From NCBI GenBank assembly GCA_001938485.1, contig MQRK01217482.1:3811-67810 (forward strand): a stretch of 64,000 bases of DNA. The letters are read 5' to 3'. Under the pieces are notes generated by a model. The model was not told the DNA's origin. It made no database searches and worked only from the letters and a program-made list of their open reading frames with translations. Source of the stretch: Girardia tigrina. Its lineage: Eukaryota. A program made the translations under genes and the position numbers. Shown here piece after piece: positions 13,351-27,122 of the stretch; positions within the stretch are counted from its first letter, which is position 1, and the number at the start of each line of letters is the position of its first letter.

Positions 13351-14631
13351 ATGGGTTGGCCAGAAAGTCATTACGTTTTTGAGTACGTCCTAATAAAAAG
13401 CTTGAAAATATAAAACGATGTGATAAAATTGAAATTCAATTATATATTCTGAAACCTTAATTTTCAGACTATGTTTATACAAAATATTAATTGATTTTGT
13501 TTTAATTTATTACTTTACCGTCATTTCGAAATGGAAAATCAAAATGAGCATATTCGTCATGTTTTGTTGCATTATTTTCGCAAAGGGAAAACCGTTGTGC
13601 AAGCTCATAAGAAGATATGTTTTGTATATGGTAGTGACTCCTTAAAACTTCGACAGTGTCAATACTTGTTTTCTAAATTTCTGAAAAAATTTCATCTGAA
13701 AGATGCACCACGCTCCGGTCGATCAGTTGAAGTTGATGGTGACAAAATAACAGCACTGATCAAATCTATTCCACATATGACGACAAGAGAAGTTGCAGAC
13801 ACTCTGGAAATATCAAAATCAAGTGTTGGAAGTCATTTAAAGAAACTTGGATTCGTCAGTAAACTCGATATGTGGTTACCACATGAACTGAAAGAAATTC
13901 ATTTGGTGAAACGTATAGACATTTGCGATTCCCTTTTGAATTAAGAACAAAGTGATCCATTTCTGATGCGCTTGATTACGGGTGACAAAAAATGGATTGT
14001 TTACAACAATGTGGAACGCCGACGATCATGGACAAAAAATCGTGAGCCTGCCAAAACGATCCCAAAAGCAGAAATTCACCAAAAGAAGGTTATGCTTTCC
14101 GTCTGGTGGGATTTTAATGGAATTGTGTTTTTTGAACTCCTTCCGGGGAATGAAACCATCAATTCAGACAGATATTGTGGTCAGCTGGAGAAATTGGCTC
14201 ATTCAATTCAACAGGAACGTCCTGAGTTTGCAAATCTAAAAGGAGTTGTAATTAAGCATGATAACGCAAGACCGCATACAAGTTTGACCACTCGCCATAA
14301 GCTCTTATCACTGGGTTGGGAAGTTTTGCCGCACGCACCGTATTCTCCAGACCTGGCTTCAGCGGATTTTCATTTATTTAGATCACTGCAGAATTCCTTA
14401 AACAAAAAAAACATTCGCCAGGGATGATGACATCAAATCGTTCCTAGGCAGCTTTTTTGCTGACAAAGGCAAAGGTTTTTATGAATCAGGAATAATGAAG
14501 CTACTGGTAAGGTTGAAGAAAGTGATTGAAAATAATGGACAGTATATCGTGTAAAAATATTTGTGCATCCATGTCATCTTTTGATAATAAATATTTTAGT
14601 AAAAAACGCAATGACTTTTTGGCCAACCCAA
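13351..14631 (+). mobile_element. Full-length mariner (DD34D, mellifera-subfamily-like)
   Basis: ~30-bp TIRs ATGGGTTGGCCAGAAAGTCATTACGTTTTT / rc TTGGGTTGGCCAAAAAGTCATTGCGTTTTT, TA TSDs at 13349-50 and 14632-33, 1281 bp long. Confidence 0.95.
13531..14554 (+). pseudogene. mariner transposase (in-frame stop at 13942-44, frameshift near 14410)
   Basis: WLPHEL, ITGDKKW, HDNARPH, PYSPDLASAD with D34D spacing; C-terminus ...NNGQYIV* after the frameshift. Confidence 0.93.
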
Positions 14632-15459
14632 TATTTTTGTACACAAGTAAATAAATCTCATACTAAAGCTTCCTTAAATTTTAAAACTATGGCACTATCA
14701 TTAGTATAATTGTTTAATAATTTCAGTAATCCTTTGCAACTAAACATGTGATCTAATGCTACTCCATCTGGTAGAAAACAACTGATGCTAAAACATTTAC
14801 ACATAGCTCAACAAACCTCGTATTAGATGATTGTTGCCTTGACTGAACAACTTTGAAACGTCTGGCAAACGACTGAGAAGAATGAGAATGACAGAGGCAT
14901 AATGTAAAAGATTAAAAAAGTTTTAAATAGTCAAATTTGGACTATTAATAGTCATCTATGATATTTATAGGCATACATGGTTACTCGTCACTTTAAATAT
15001 ATGAATTTTTAAACATTTATTATTATCACAAACGCCTTCACTATTTGACAATTTTCTTGATCAATATATTTCTGAATTCATACTTATTATTTTCAATAAA
15101 TGAAAATCTTATATTAAATATTATTAATTATAAAGAATCTAGTCGGTTAAAATTAAATTTAAACATTTTTTATAAAGTAACAAAATTAGTCATCTGCAAT
15201 ACAATTTTGAATTCGTCTTGGGGAAATTTGATTTGGTTTTGTTGCCAAATAATAAATAATTCAAAAATGTGACAAGCAATTACATAATAAAATTATTACT
15301 AAAACAAAGTTTTATCTAATTTCCCTCTCCATTAGAAATTAGGATGCGCTCAATCATTCAATTCTTCTTGGTTTTGATTGCCCTTGAAAATCAATCAATA
15401 CTTGATGTGGACTTAAAAATTCAAGAATTTGAAAAGGACCATCATATCTGTTTCTATTT

Positions 15460-16190
15460 TATTACCACGTTTTTATTAGCTTGCTTTCTTGTCTGTTTGT
15501 CTGTTTGTCTGTTTGTCTGTCTGGAACAAATCTTGCGATTGATTATTCGACCACTTTCAGTCATCCAATTAAGCTGGATTTCTTTTGTCCAGGCTTGCTT
15601 CCGATGACAATACAATTTGATAAAAATAATTTTTGAAAAAAAATAATTTTTTCTAATTTTTTATGCAAAAAACCACTTACGATTATCTACAAATTTATAC
15701 ACTGTATTAAATAGCAATCTTTTCGTTTATTTTCATGAATGAAGTTTTATACAGGCTTGCTTCCGATGACAATACAATTTGATAAAAAAATTTTGAAAAA
15801 AAAATTCCTAAATGATAACTAAAAATAGTTAACTAATATTATTAATAAAAAAAATTTTTTATAAAAACAACCACGTTTTTCAAGCATTACCAATGCACTA
15901 AAAAGAGGAAAATAATTTTTTTCTAGACATGTGAGAAATTTTATACCTAACCNNNNNNNNNNNNNNNNNNNNNNNNNNNNNNNNNNNNNNNNNNNNNNNN
16001 NNTACTAAAAAGCAGTAAAGAGAAAATAGCAGTTACTAATAGCAGTAATTCAGAAATCCGCCCCGCGTTTTTGGGTTAGGTATAAAATTTCTCACATGTC
16101 TAGAAAAAAATTATTTTCCTCATTTTAGTGCATTGGTAATGCTTGAAAAACGTGGTTGTTTTTATAAAAAATTTTTTTATTAATAATATT
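15460..16190 (+). mobile_element. Helentron-associated / DINE-1-like non-autonomous element (HINE)
   Basis: Subterminal inverted repeats ACCACGTTTTT (15464-74) / AAAAACGTGGT (16146-56), (GTCT/GTTT)n microsatellite at ~15490-15522, and T-rich ends. Contains an internal direct duplication and an inverted copy of the 3' end; N gap at 15953-16002. Confidence 0.55.
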
Positions 16191-19100
16191 ATTTATTCCT
16201 GTTGTGAGGTTCTTTCTTTACTAAAACTTTTTCACCGATCTGAAAAAGTCTATGGTCTCTTCTGCTTACTTCTGAGTTTCCAAGTTTGTCTACTGCCTTT
16301 CCTGATTCAAATTTCATTTCCAAAATTATTCTCTGATGATTGGTACAACTTGATGTTGGTAACCCATGTAAAATAACTTTCCTCCCAAACACAATTTCAA
16401 ACGGTGAACGTTTAGTTGAGCTCTGATATGTTGCGTTTATTGAAAACTCTATTTTTGGAATCATCTTCTCCCACGATATTTTATTTTTCTTACTCTTCAA
16501 AGATGTAACCAACATATCTCGTACAGTTCGAATGGCTCGCTCTGCTATTCCATTTACTTGATGTTGATACGGAGAAGTAAATTCTTGTTTAATTCCAAAT
16601 TTTTCTGTTAGTTTCCTTAAAATAGCTGCTCCAAGTAATCGACCTGGGTCTGACAATATAGATTTAGGCTTCCCAAACTTGTAAAGCCAGTGATTTTTAT
16701 AGATTCTGCCGCGCTCAATTCATCTTGTTTAGTCAAAGGTACAAGACTCACTAGTTTGCTGAAACGGTTCATCATCACAAGTAAATATTTGTACCTGGAT
16801 TTGAATTCTGAGAAGTATGCTACATCAATTATAATTTGTTCCAGCAGCCCAAAATCTTCTCGTGGTATCAATAACTCTTTTGTACGTCCCGAATATATTT
16901 TTATTTTTGCACAGATTTCACATCTCTGTACTATGAGTTCGATGTACCATGAGTTTTACTCATATTTGGCCAATAATAGCTTTCCTGAATATAGTCAACT
17001 AACATTTTACTTCTCAGATGACACAACTCCTAGTGAATATACTGGGTGAACTTCTCTGTATAATTTTCTGGGACTACTATTTGTAGTGTTTTTTTTTAAT
17101 TCTTCCATATAACAATTCCATCTATCAATTCATATTGATCCAAAATCTTGAAATATTTCCTTTTTTTCACTTCAAAATTTATATTCTGAGAGGAACCTCC
17201 AAGCCATTGATGTATTGATTTCAGTATTGAGTCTGACAGTTGTATCGCTCTGATGTCTTCATTGTTCAAATCTCCTGTTTCTATGGTGTTTATGAACTTT
17301 ACTTTTGATTTATTTGACTTTGCTCCCTGATGACTTGTCAAACATTGAGTACATAGTTTTTCATCAATTCTTAAAAGTCCATCAGCATTAGTATGCTCTT
17401 TTCCTTTCCGATATTCCAAAATAAATTTAAAACTCGATAAATTAGCAATCCATGTCTGGAATTGTGGACTAATAGGCTTGTTGGTTTTCGTCATGTAAGT
17501 TAAAACCTTATGATCCGTGCGGACTAAATATTTCTTCCCATAAAGATAATGTCTGAAATACATTTTAAACTCATGAACCGCCAGCATTTCTTTTCTAGTT
17601 ACACAATGACAATTTTTGTGATCGTTTAGAGTTCTAGATGCAAATGCAATAACTTTTACATTCCCACTATTATCATTTTGACTCAAAACTGCTCCGATAG
17701 CCCCAAAACTTGGATCCGTGTCTAAAATCATTGTTTTCTTCATATCATGATGTGCTAATATTCGAGTTGTTGCCAATTCACACTTCAAGTTATTACAACT
17801 CGACATGCAATCTTCCGTCCAGTAAATTCTTTTCTCTTTTTCACTCAGCATAGCATACAATTGTGAGGTAATTAATGCGTAATCTTTAATGAACCGCCGA
17901 TAATAGTTTGCTAACAATAAAAATGATCTCAGCTGTGTAATACATCCTGGGCTTGGAGCTTGCATAATCTTTTTGATTTTATAATCGTTCATTTCAACGC
18001 CATTGTTGCTGATTGTGTGTCTCAAAAACTTAAATCTTCTAGTTCCAAAAGCACATTTATCTGGGTATGTCATCAAATCAGATTGCTTAATTATTGTAAA
18101 CACTTGTTTTAATATATTTAAATGGTCTTCCTCATTCTTAGCATAAATTAATATATCGTCTAAATATACAATAACTCCTTTGTAAAGCAAATCCTTAATC
18201 AATAAATTCATAAGGCTCTGGAAAGTTTTTGGAGCTGTGCATAATCCAAACTATTAGCGCTTGAAATGAAATTTACCGATTTTAGTACTAAAAGCTGTTT
18301 TTAATTTTGATGCTTCATCCAGTTCCACCTGATAATGTGCTTGGCCTAAAGCAATGAACGAAAAAATTACTGACCCCCTAAAGTATCCAACAATGTGTAA
18401 ATATCAGGTACAGGAGATATAAATTTCTCCGTAACATTATTCAATCTTCTAAAATCTAAGCACATTCTGATGGATTCACCTTTTTTCGGTACAATAACCA
18501 CAGGAGAATTCCAAGAACTCTTAAATGACTTAATAATCTAAGCTTTTAATAAATCTTCAAGATGCATGGGCTGGCTTCTAGGAATTATTGAACCGGTAGT
18601 CCGGATTTTATGTTTGATTACCATTGTGTGGTCTAAATCAAATTTTGAAGCCATTAAAATTAATCCATATTATTTAACAAGTAAAGTTAATGGCAAGTTT
18701 GACTTGTCAATTAAACTCCTTAACGCGGCAGTAATACGATGACGATTATTAAATTTCAATTTCACTTCCAAAGTATCTATAGTATTCACTTCCGTTAAGC
18801 CTATGCCATACATTGTCATCATATCGAATCTTCCAATAAATCCAGGGGATATATTTCGCACAATCACTATTCCTTTTTTCCCTTAACACCGTCCCACAAA
18901 ATATCAACATATATTTTACCTAAACACATTTCAGGACTTGTAGAGAAAAACACCTGAAAGTTTAATGTCTGATCTCTGCATATCTGGTCTTCTTATCCGA
19001 TGCCAGTTATCTTCGCTCATAACTGTGTTTGAAGCACCGTAATCCCATAACATTTCAACATTAATTCCATTACAATTCATCAAACTCCATATTCTACCAT

Positions 19101-20348
19101 CTGCCTCTGGAACATCCTCTCTTTCATCACCTGTCTCATTCTTCGTCCTCTATCTCTGCCTTCAATCATATTTACTGACTCAACCTTACAGAAGAGATAG
19201 GCACGATGGGTTGATATCGGTTTTTTTTGTCGTTATCCTCTTCAATTTCCTGTAATTTTTCCTCGATCGGGTCATCAGTTTCATCATCATGGATGCACAT
19301 TATTCGTCTTGGGGAAATTTGATTTGGTTTTGTTGCCAAATAACAATCTTTGAATCTATGATCGTGCTTACCGCATATTAAAAAACAATTTCTCAAGCGA
19401 CATTTTCTTCTTTGATGGGTTGTCTCCAAAACAGAAACATGAGCCGGGAAGGAGAAACTCCGGATTCGGCGGGGCAATACCTCTACACTTATTATAAAAC
19501 TCCTTTGCTATCATTTTCATAGATCTCCGAGGCCTATTATTCTGACCATATCGATCTTCAGACTGATTTCGAGATGGGGTTGTGTGACGCAAATATCTAT
19601 TATCAAAAAAATGATCATTATTACCGACAATAGGCTGTGATCTGTCTAGAATTCAGGACGGCTGTCGTACAGAATGACTGGGCGGTGTAAACAGATGTGC
19701 ATACTCTGGTTTGGTTATTCTGGATACCATTTCGGCATACTTGGTTTTGAACGCATTGATCTCCTAACGCACTGTCAATTTTTCAAAATTACTAGTCAGC
19801 TCTCGGCGCCTGTCATTACTTAAGGAAGGATCCAACGCCAAAGACTCTCTCAATTTGTCACATTTCAGTCCCTGAAATACAAATAATCGAGTCATTTCTT
19901 CTGCGGATAACTTTAGATTGAAAATTTCATTCACCATTTTCCGAACTCTAATCTCAAAACTTTGGTGCTTCTCGTCAGCTCTTTGCTGAACGAATGACAA
20001 AACTTTCATTTTGTCAAAAACTGTCCGCACGTCAGCAAATGTTTCGGAAAACCATTTTTCCACTTCTTCATTTGCAATACTATCTCTGTAGCTTGTTAAT
20101 TTTTGCAATAACTGCTTGGCATCCCCACACAGTAACATATGGAATGCAAAATTCAATTCCATGTGGATGAAAATTGCGAAATCCTTTGTCGTTTGAATCC
20201 AATCTTCAGCCTAATCGGATACGCCATCAAAGAAATGTTGGTTTAAGAACCAACAACTCTTGTGTCTTCTGTGGCAAATCGGAAAATATTTCCTGTCGTT
20301 CTTCTCGCTTCACTCTGGTAACTGCACTTATTTCGGCATGGTCGTCAG
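16190..20348 (-). mobile_element. Ty3/Gypsy LTR retrotransposon internal region (decayed gag-PR-RT-RH-IN)
   Basis: Gag CCHC (CFLICGKHDHRFKDC), protease-like MFMDxGAS (~19030-19060), RT VYLDD, RNase H (TDPS..IGAVL, KEMLAV, TDHK, ADGL), integrase (SDPG, YQHQVNGIAERAIRT, SPFEIVFGR). Domain order is PR-RT-RH-IN. No LTRs recovered. Confidence 0.92.
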
Positions 20349-20850
20349 CAGTGGCGTAGCGTAGGGGGGGGCGGAGGGGGCGGTCCGGCCCGGGCGGCAC
20401 GACTGTTGGGGACGGCATTTTTGAATGAGAGAAATATTATGTATAAAATAAAACGAAGAAAAATCTTATAACGTGTTGTGGACTGAAAGGTTTAAAATCC
20501 CGCAATTGCATATTGCTGAATATTTAGGATATCGTGGGAAATCCTATAACATAAATATGTTATTGCTTAATTAATTTGCGCACATTTTTCAGTTCTCAAT
20601 TTTCTTGGAGTGCATTTGTCGGTGCATTTTCTGGGTTACGATTCCACGATGAAGCATATTTTTATGTACAACTTAACACAAGTATAATAAATAAGGTAGG
20701 AATTATAAATATTATAATAATGATTATAAGTTGTTTTGAAAAAACCAAAAAAAATTTATTGTTTAGTTTCCAGACAAGGGTACATGATCCTAGGCGATGT
20801 AAAAAATTTTATTAAAAATCAAAGCAACATTATGGCTAATTACACTGCCC
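20349..20850 (+). mobile_element. hAT-like transposon end interrupting the Gypsy gag
   Basis: Begins CAGTGGCGTAGCGTAGGGGGGGGCGG..., a GC-rich hAT-type terminus, exactly where gag homology stops. The right boundary is uncertain. Confidence 0.55.
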
Positions 20851-20899
20851 TAAATATGATATTTGATATAATTTAGAGAAAAATTTTTCGTATCATTAT

Positions 20900-23019
20900 C
20901 AGGTAGAATATTATCAGGTAGAATCAGATCGTCAGGCTGTAGCTGCTTTTTTAAATTACGAAATACTTTCAAAATAGTAACTATGAGACCATTAAGCCAA
21001 ATTTGATGCGATCCACATGTCCATGTCTTCAAATATATCCGCGCTGCTGCTCTCACCTTTTTCAATTCACCTTTCACTTCTAAAAACTTCCTTGCAGTCA
21101 TAAAAAGTATGAAGAATGGCCGTTAAAAGGTTAACTATCTGCTCCACAAATTGAAATTCGTAATAGTTGAAATTGATGCAGGAGTACCGTTGTCTTTTTA
21201 AACGTCCTGAAAAAGGTAGCTAAAGGCTTGACATTTTTTATCCAGATACGCAGCTCCGAAACGCCTATTTCGATGCTTTTAAAACTGTGTCAATTCTGTG
21301 AACAGCACACCAGAACGTCAATAGATCACGGTGCAACCAATTCTTCATAAGTTTCCCAAACTCCCTTGTTGTGTCTGTATTAGCGCTTTTGTTCTCTAGT
21401 AACACTAATCAGCTTGGAAGTTGGTGCGGACTTGGTCTTAAGGGCATGCTAATTGGCTTACTGCAGTCCAAGGGCTCCAATATGTTACGGTTCCTTGAAG
21501 GTTTTGAATACGTTCTTTACTTCATGCTCTTCTGTTACTATTCTCGTAGAGACTTACTTATAATCCATCATTTGCAGATTGACGCTGCGTAAGCAACAAA
21601 ATCCTGTAGCTCACAAGGGAGTTCCTTTGGAACTTCTACAGCAACGATGGGTAGCATTTCTTGATAGCCGTTTGGTTCTCTGTAATGTAATATCGCTTAG
21701 CGAAGTTGAAATTCTTCTAATGAAGAATTCATTTCTGTTGTATGCGCCAACTCCAAACATTAAAAAAATTATTTAAAATTCAAAAACTAAATTAACAAAT
21801 TAATAAAAATCTAAAACTACTTTAACAATTAATAAAATAAAAATTCAAAATTACATTAAAATTCAAGATTCATAAAAAACATAAAAATTCAAACATAAAG
21901 AATTTGTTTTACTATATAAATTAAAAAATTAACAAAATGCACAAATTCAAATTACAAAACCAATCTGTTTAGTGGTGGAATTTGGAGGATCAATTTGATA
22001 CTACATTGTTTATAAATAAACGTTTATCGAAAATTCTCATTCTCATTAAATACCACAGACAAAAGTTGGAGCGATCAAATAAATTGGCTGTTACGTCGAT
22101 TAAAATTACATCCGGGACGAATCAGATTGAACATCAAGTTTTATCGTGTAATAGGTTGTACGATTTAGGTGCCGGTCATCTGGTCGCTAAGGAACGCTTC
22201 AAACTTGATCAAGTCAACATTATTGTGAACGCGGTTACACACAACAACCCGTCCCAATATAACTTCATTTTCGATAAGACTGTTAATAATCTTGGACGTG
22301 TGTACTTGATTTAAGTACCTTGAAGGCAATCTGTTGGTAGAAAGAGTACTTATCAGAATGTCATTATAAACGTCCACGGCGAGTGAGATAAGAAACTCCA
22401 TAACTTCCGCATGGTACTTTTGTTAAAATTTCAGCCAATGGTGATGAGAGGAATGAATTTTCAACTGCAATTCTCAATCTAAATGTCGCACTGCTGCCTG
22501 TTGGAAGATTGAGTCAAGGTGATCTTTTACAGCCTTCACTTTTACAGTTGCATCTGCCCGGCATCCATAAGCCAAGTAAGCAGTGCAATTGTGAGCAAAC
22601 TTGCAAGCTACATTCACAAACTTTTCACACGTTCTACATTTCGCATAATGTGTTTTACGCTTCCATTCAGCAGGAGCAAACATAAATACTTCCAAACAGT
22701 CCCTACTATTTTCTACTTGTCATTTCTGTGCTTTTACCATACCATAGTATTGAGAGAAGTGCTGATAATAGATTCTTCTGTTGCGAAGGGACTAATGTGT
22801 GTATTTGTGGTTCAGTCTTCTGCTAAAACCGCGAAGTTTAAGTCTTCTGTTGTTGCGAAAGCATCAGGTTATGATCACAAAAAACAGAAAGGTAGTTTTA
22901 AAAATCGATTATTAAAAAAATTGCCCCCCAGTCTATCATTTTTGCCTTAGACTGGGGGAGCATTTTTGGTCACTGGGGGGGTAACAGCCCCCTCAGTTAA
23001 TATGTTAAAAAAGGCCTTG
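20900..23019 (-). mobile_element. Decayed hAT-like DNA transposon (Zn-finger transposase fragments)
   Basis: Terminus rc CAAGGCCTTTTTTAACATATT with subterminal CCCCCAGT repeats and hairpins (22924-22996). Minus ORFs include CRTC...KDHLDS (Zn finger) and VYND..ISTLS..RLPSR. The left boundary is approximate. Confidence 0.55.
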
Positions 23020-23176
23020 CTATTATTTCGTTTCCTAAAATATATTTGATAATTGAAATAAATATATAAAAATGCGAGAATTATTAAAAAAATAATTTGA
23101 ACCGTACTTAATTCACCCTAAATAACTTAATGCATTTTTAATGATATTAAATTTAAATAATAATTTATTAATAGTA

Positions 23177-23278
23177 TTAGGTGTACAACTAATTAATTTC
23201 GTATTTTTTTCACTTTTATACTTAAATAAATGGTTTTTTTAACAAAAAAAATACGAAATTAATTAGTTGTACACCCAA
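23177..23278. mobile_element. 102-bp mariner-derived MITE
   Basis: ~34-bp TIRs TTAGGTGTACAACTAATTAATTTCGTATTTTTTT (1 mismatch) with TA TSDs at 23175-76 and 23279-80. Confidence 0.9.
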
Positions 23279-24740
23279 TAATATTTTTCCTAACAATACA
23301 ATTTATAATTATAATTTAACTTAATTAAATAATTTAAATTTATATAAATATTTCATTTATGTTATAAATTTTTGCATTCTAAGAAAAAAAATTTTCCTAG
23401 GTTTGATATGCACACTGATATAACGGTAATACGCGCTGCCTACTTATGGCAAGTGGAAAATCGTTTCATACAACATTTACTCTCTGATGTAAAGAAATAT
23501 AATCCAAAAGTTAAATATATACATTTCATTTTTGATTGAGGAGGTAACTAACAAGAGGGATTCAAGTTTCATTTTACCCATGAAGTAATTACTTTAGTAC
23601 TTTTTTATTACTAAATTACTTTAGTTTCTTCATGCATCTCAAAAATGTGTTCTTAGCAACGTCTTATCATTAATTTCTTCTGTTATGAAATTATTTTATA
23701 CTTTAATAAATCAGTCATAAAAATTTAACTCATTCTTGATAATAGTGGTTTAGAATTTTCATCATTATATGAAATTCTATAATCCATGTTGAGTGGAAGG
23801 TACTTTTAATTGGATCTAACATGAAAGATTAAAATCTTGAAGTATTGAAATGAGTTTATTGTCTTACTTGAATTACATATGTTAGGGGTTTGTTAGGGAT
23901 CTAAAACATATATAATAAAATTTTATTTAGAAAAATTTATAATAAAGTTTTAATTAATTTTTTTTCAGTATAATGTTTATATTAACACAACGTATCTTAA
24001 TATTTTTAAATATTTTATCATTTGTTTTACCAAATCAAATGAATAAATAAAATAGAATAAATTGAATAAATAAATTGAATAGCTATTTAAGCAAATGAAA
24101 AATTGACTTAGCTCTCAACGTAATTCCAAAGAAAATTTTGAATAAAGAGAAGCCAGTAAAATTTGCAGTAATCCTTAAAGGATTAGAATTAAAATTTTAT
24201 TATTGTTCTTTCCTCTTAGTTATCAAGTATCCTGTAAAGGAGAATACGATTAAAACAATTGTCCTTATTCACCGGTATCGCTCGTACAAACGTATTGACA
24301 TGGAAGAGCTGTATGCTCATCGTTTATTAATTATTGTTGGATTATTATTTACATTTTTAGCACAAGTGGTAATTGATAATTGAAGATTGAAACATTTATT
24401 TGAAGCGGTGTTTAAATCTGTGTTATTAAAAATAAAAGTTATTAAAAAAATTTGTTTTCACTTGTTCATATATTTGTGTTGGAAGAGCCTACTGAATTAT
24501 TGGAGTCAGATATAAAGTTGCAATTAAAATATTGATAATAAAATTTGAATATTTTGAATACCCAACAGGTTTTTTGGTGAACTTTATACTTTTTAAATTT
24601 TTACATTGAAAATCATATTTAAAGTTAAGATAAGTTAAAATAATTTTACACTGGTTTTAGAAAATCAAATTTAAAAAATTGAAAGTCTAATTAAAATGAA
24701 TCTGTATAATTTAAGTTCGAATCAAAATGAAAATAAAGTT

Positions 24741-25166
24741 TGTGAATTAATGGATTGTGATGAATTTTTTAATTTTGTGTTGATATTGTGCATGTTTTAT
24801 GTTGATTCGGAATGTGCCTTTCCTACACAGATGGATGGTCGGTATTTTATTTGATTCCTACTAATTAAAAATAATTTAATTTAATTTTAAAGTAAAAAGA
24901 TTTAAAATAATTTTTGAATGTATTATTTATTTGTTAATGTAATTTGAAATTTCAATATATTAATTTAATATGTTCTTTTTTAAAAAATGTTTAGATTTAA
25001 TTTCAACCAATTAGATTCTTTATAATTAATAATTTTTATTAACATATTTTCATTTTTTGAAAATAATTAGTATGAACTGAGAAATATATTGATCAAGAAA
25101 AATGTCAAATAGTGAATGCGCTTGTGATATTAATAAATGTTGTAAAACATATTGATGTTGTTAATA
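24741..25166 (+). mobile_element. Solo LTR, Gypsy TGTGAGG family (diverged)
   Basis: TGTGA start, core TCCTACACAGATGG, end GATGTTGTTAATA. Followed by an inverted 3' part of another copy at ~25205-25405. Confidence 0.65.
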
Positions 25167-26599
25167 TGGATCTTGATTTTAATCTCGAACCCAGTAGCAT
25201 AAATTTAATTTAAAGAGAACTGAGACAATTATTATTTGAATATTTATTACTATCACATTTAGAGTCATTACAACTCTTGGAAGATCGTTCACCAATTGAC
25301 ATCATTTTAATTGCTTTTTTACTTCTTTTTATAATGATTATTTGAGCAATTTTTCTTAATCTTATTAAAATATTTAATTTCTAAAAATATTAATTAAAAT
25401 TAATCAACATATAGTATTTCGGTGCGCGACAACTAGCCACAGAAAACTCACGACAAAAAACAATTTTATGAAATTATAAGTGATTTTGTTTAATTATACA
25501 AATTTTCGATTATAATTTCAAAATTAATTTTATTTGTCACATTCTTCTGTAACAATTTATCTCGACTTTAAACATAAAATTTCATTTTTTGTTTACTTAA
25601 AATTTACATTAAATTTTATTTCTGCTTAAATATTAAATTCTATTTTCGTTTTCGTAACATAAACTTTACTTTAATTTTTATTTATGATTAAACATTAAAT
25701 TAGATTACGAGCTTTAATTTACTAATTAAATTAAAATATATATTTTTCAACAACCAACAATTTTTTCAAATATAATTTTTTTTCTGAAATATTTCACAAT
25801 GTTTTAAAGGTTACGTTTTTAAAATTCAAAAATTTACAAACTCGCCAAAATCCTAACTGTTAGGGAGTAAGTCATCAGAAGAAAATTTGTGAGTTAGAGT
25901 GGAAATGCAAGATGAGATTATTTGCATAACATTGACGAGAATAGAAGAAAAAAGAAATAAGAATAAATTAAGTAAATTAAAATTTAAATAAGATGGAGTT
26001 AAATTTAATAATTAAATGAAGAATAAAATAATTAGTTAAATTAAAATTTATAATGAGAAATTAAATTTTATAAGTAAATTAAGAATAAAATAAAATTAGA
26101 ATTTTCCGGTTTGACATTAACAAATTTTAGAAAAAGATTATTCTTCAAATTAAAATTTATAATTAACTGATTATAAAAGTTAATGATAATTAAAAAAATT
26201 GTTTGTTTATGTAGAATTAATTTTTTAGCTTCAGTGCGTTGAAAGTGTAATTTTTCGTGTAAATAAATTTTTCGAACTAAATTACTTTTTATATGGCTTC
26301 GATTGGTTTTGATGATGGAGTGCCCATCAATTCTAACACTAACAATTATATTTTGTGATATTTTAAAAAAGAGCAATAAAGCAATAACTTAAATATAAAG
26401 AAAACTCAACTAAAATATATATTTTTATTCAATCCATCAAAAAATTATGAGACAAACCTCTCAAGTATTCTAAGATCGTACGGTTATGATATGACTGAAC
26501 AATTCTCAAAGGAAAATTTACATTTCTGGTTGTCCTATAGTTTTATATAATAATGTTCTAAATATAGTAAATGCTTTTCGTAATTTATATTTGGTTGGA

Positions 26600-27040
26600 A
26601 AAAAATATTCTTCCTGTTTCGCACATCCATTTTTTCCGTTATCAAATGTGGTTTGTTGGATCAAGAAAATCTTGATGAAATATTATCAACGGTTGAAAAA
26701 TAGTTGGTCATGTTAAGCGATTGTCCTCAACGACGTGTGAATAACACCAGTAGCATTTAAAACTTTCAGTCTTTCAGTTGATTTAAGATTTTCTTTCAAG
26801 ATGAGCTCAATGTTTTATCTTCTCAAAAAGCTTTTGAAATAACGTCGTGCAATCGATAGGTTCCCAAGTCTCTCAGCATAACAGAGGAGATTAACAATGT
26901 ATATGCTCTTAAAATTTGTGTCATCCTTTGAAAAGTTTGCCAGTGATGTTAAAGATTCTTAAGCTAGTATTTTACTTCTTTTACAAACTGTTGACTTATT
27001 TAGAAAGAGAAGTTTGTGATTAAGAGATTTGCCAGTGATG
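26600..27040 (-). mobile_element. Degenerate LINE ORF2 C-terminal fragment
   Basis: Minus translation ...ILRAYI..LLCYAERLG...KLLRR resembles the LLYGxExW...LRR region. Heavily decayed. Confidence 0.35.
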
Positions 27041-27122
27041 AGATTTAATTACTTTGTTCTGCATTAAATTTCTTTTTTAAATTTAATAATTTTTACTCAA
27101 GAAATGTTTTGATTTTTATCTT

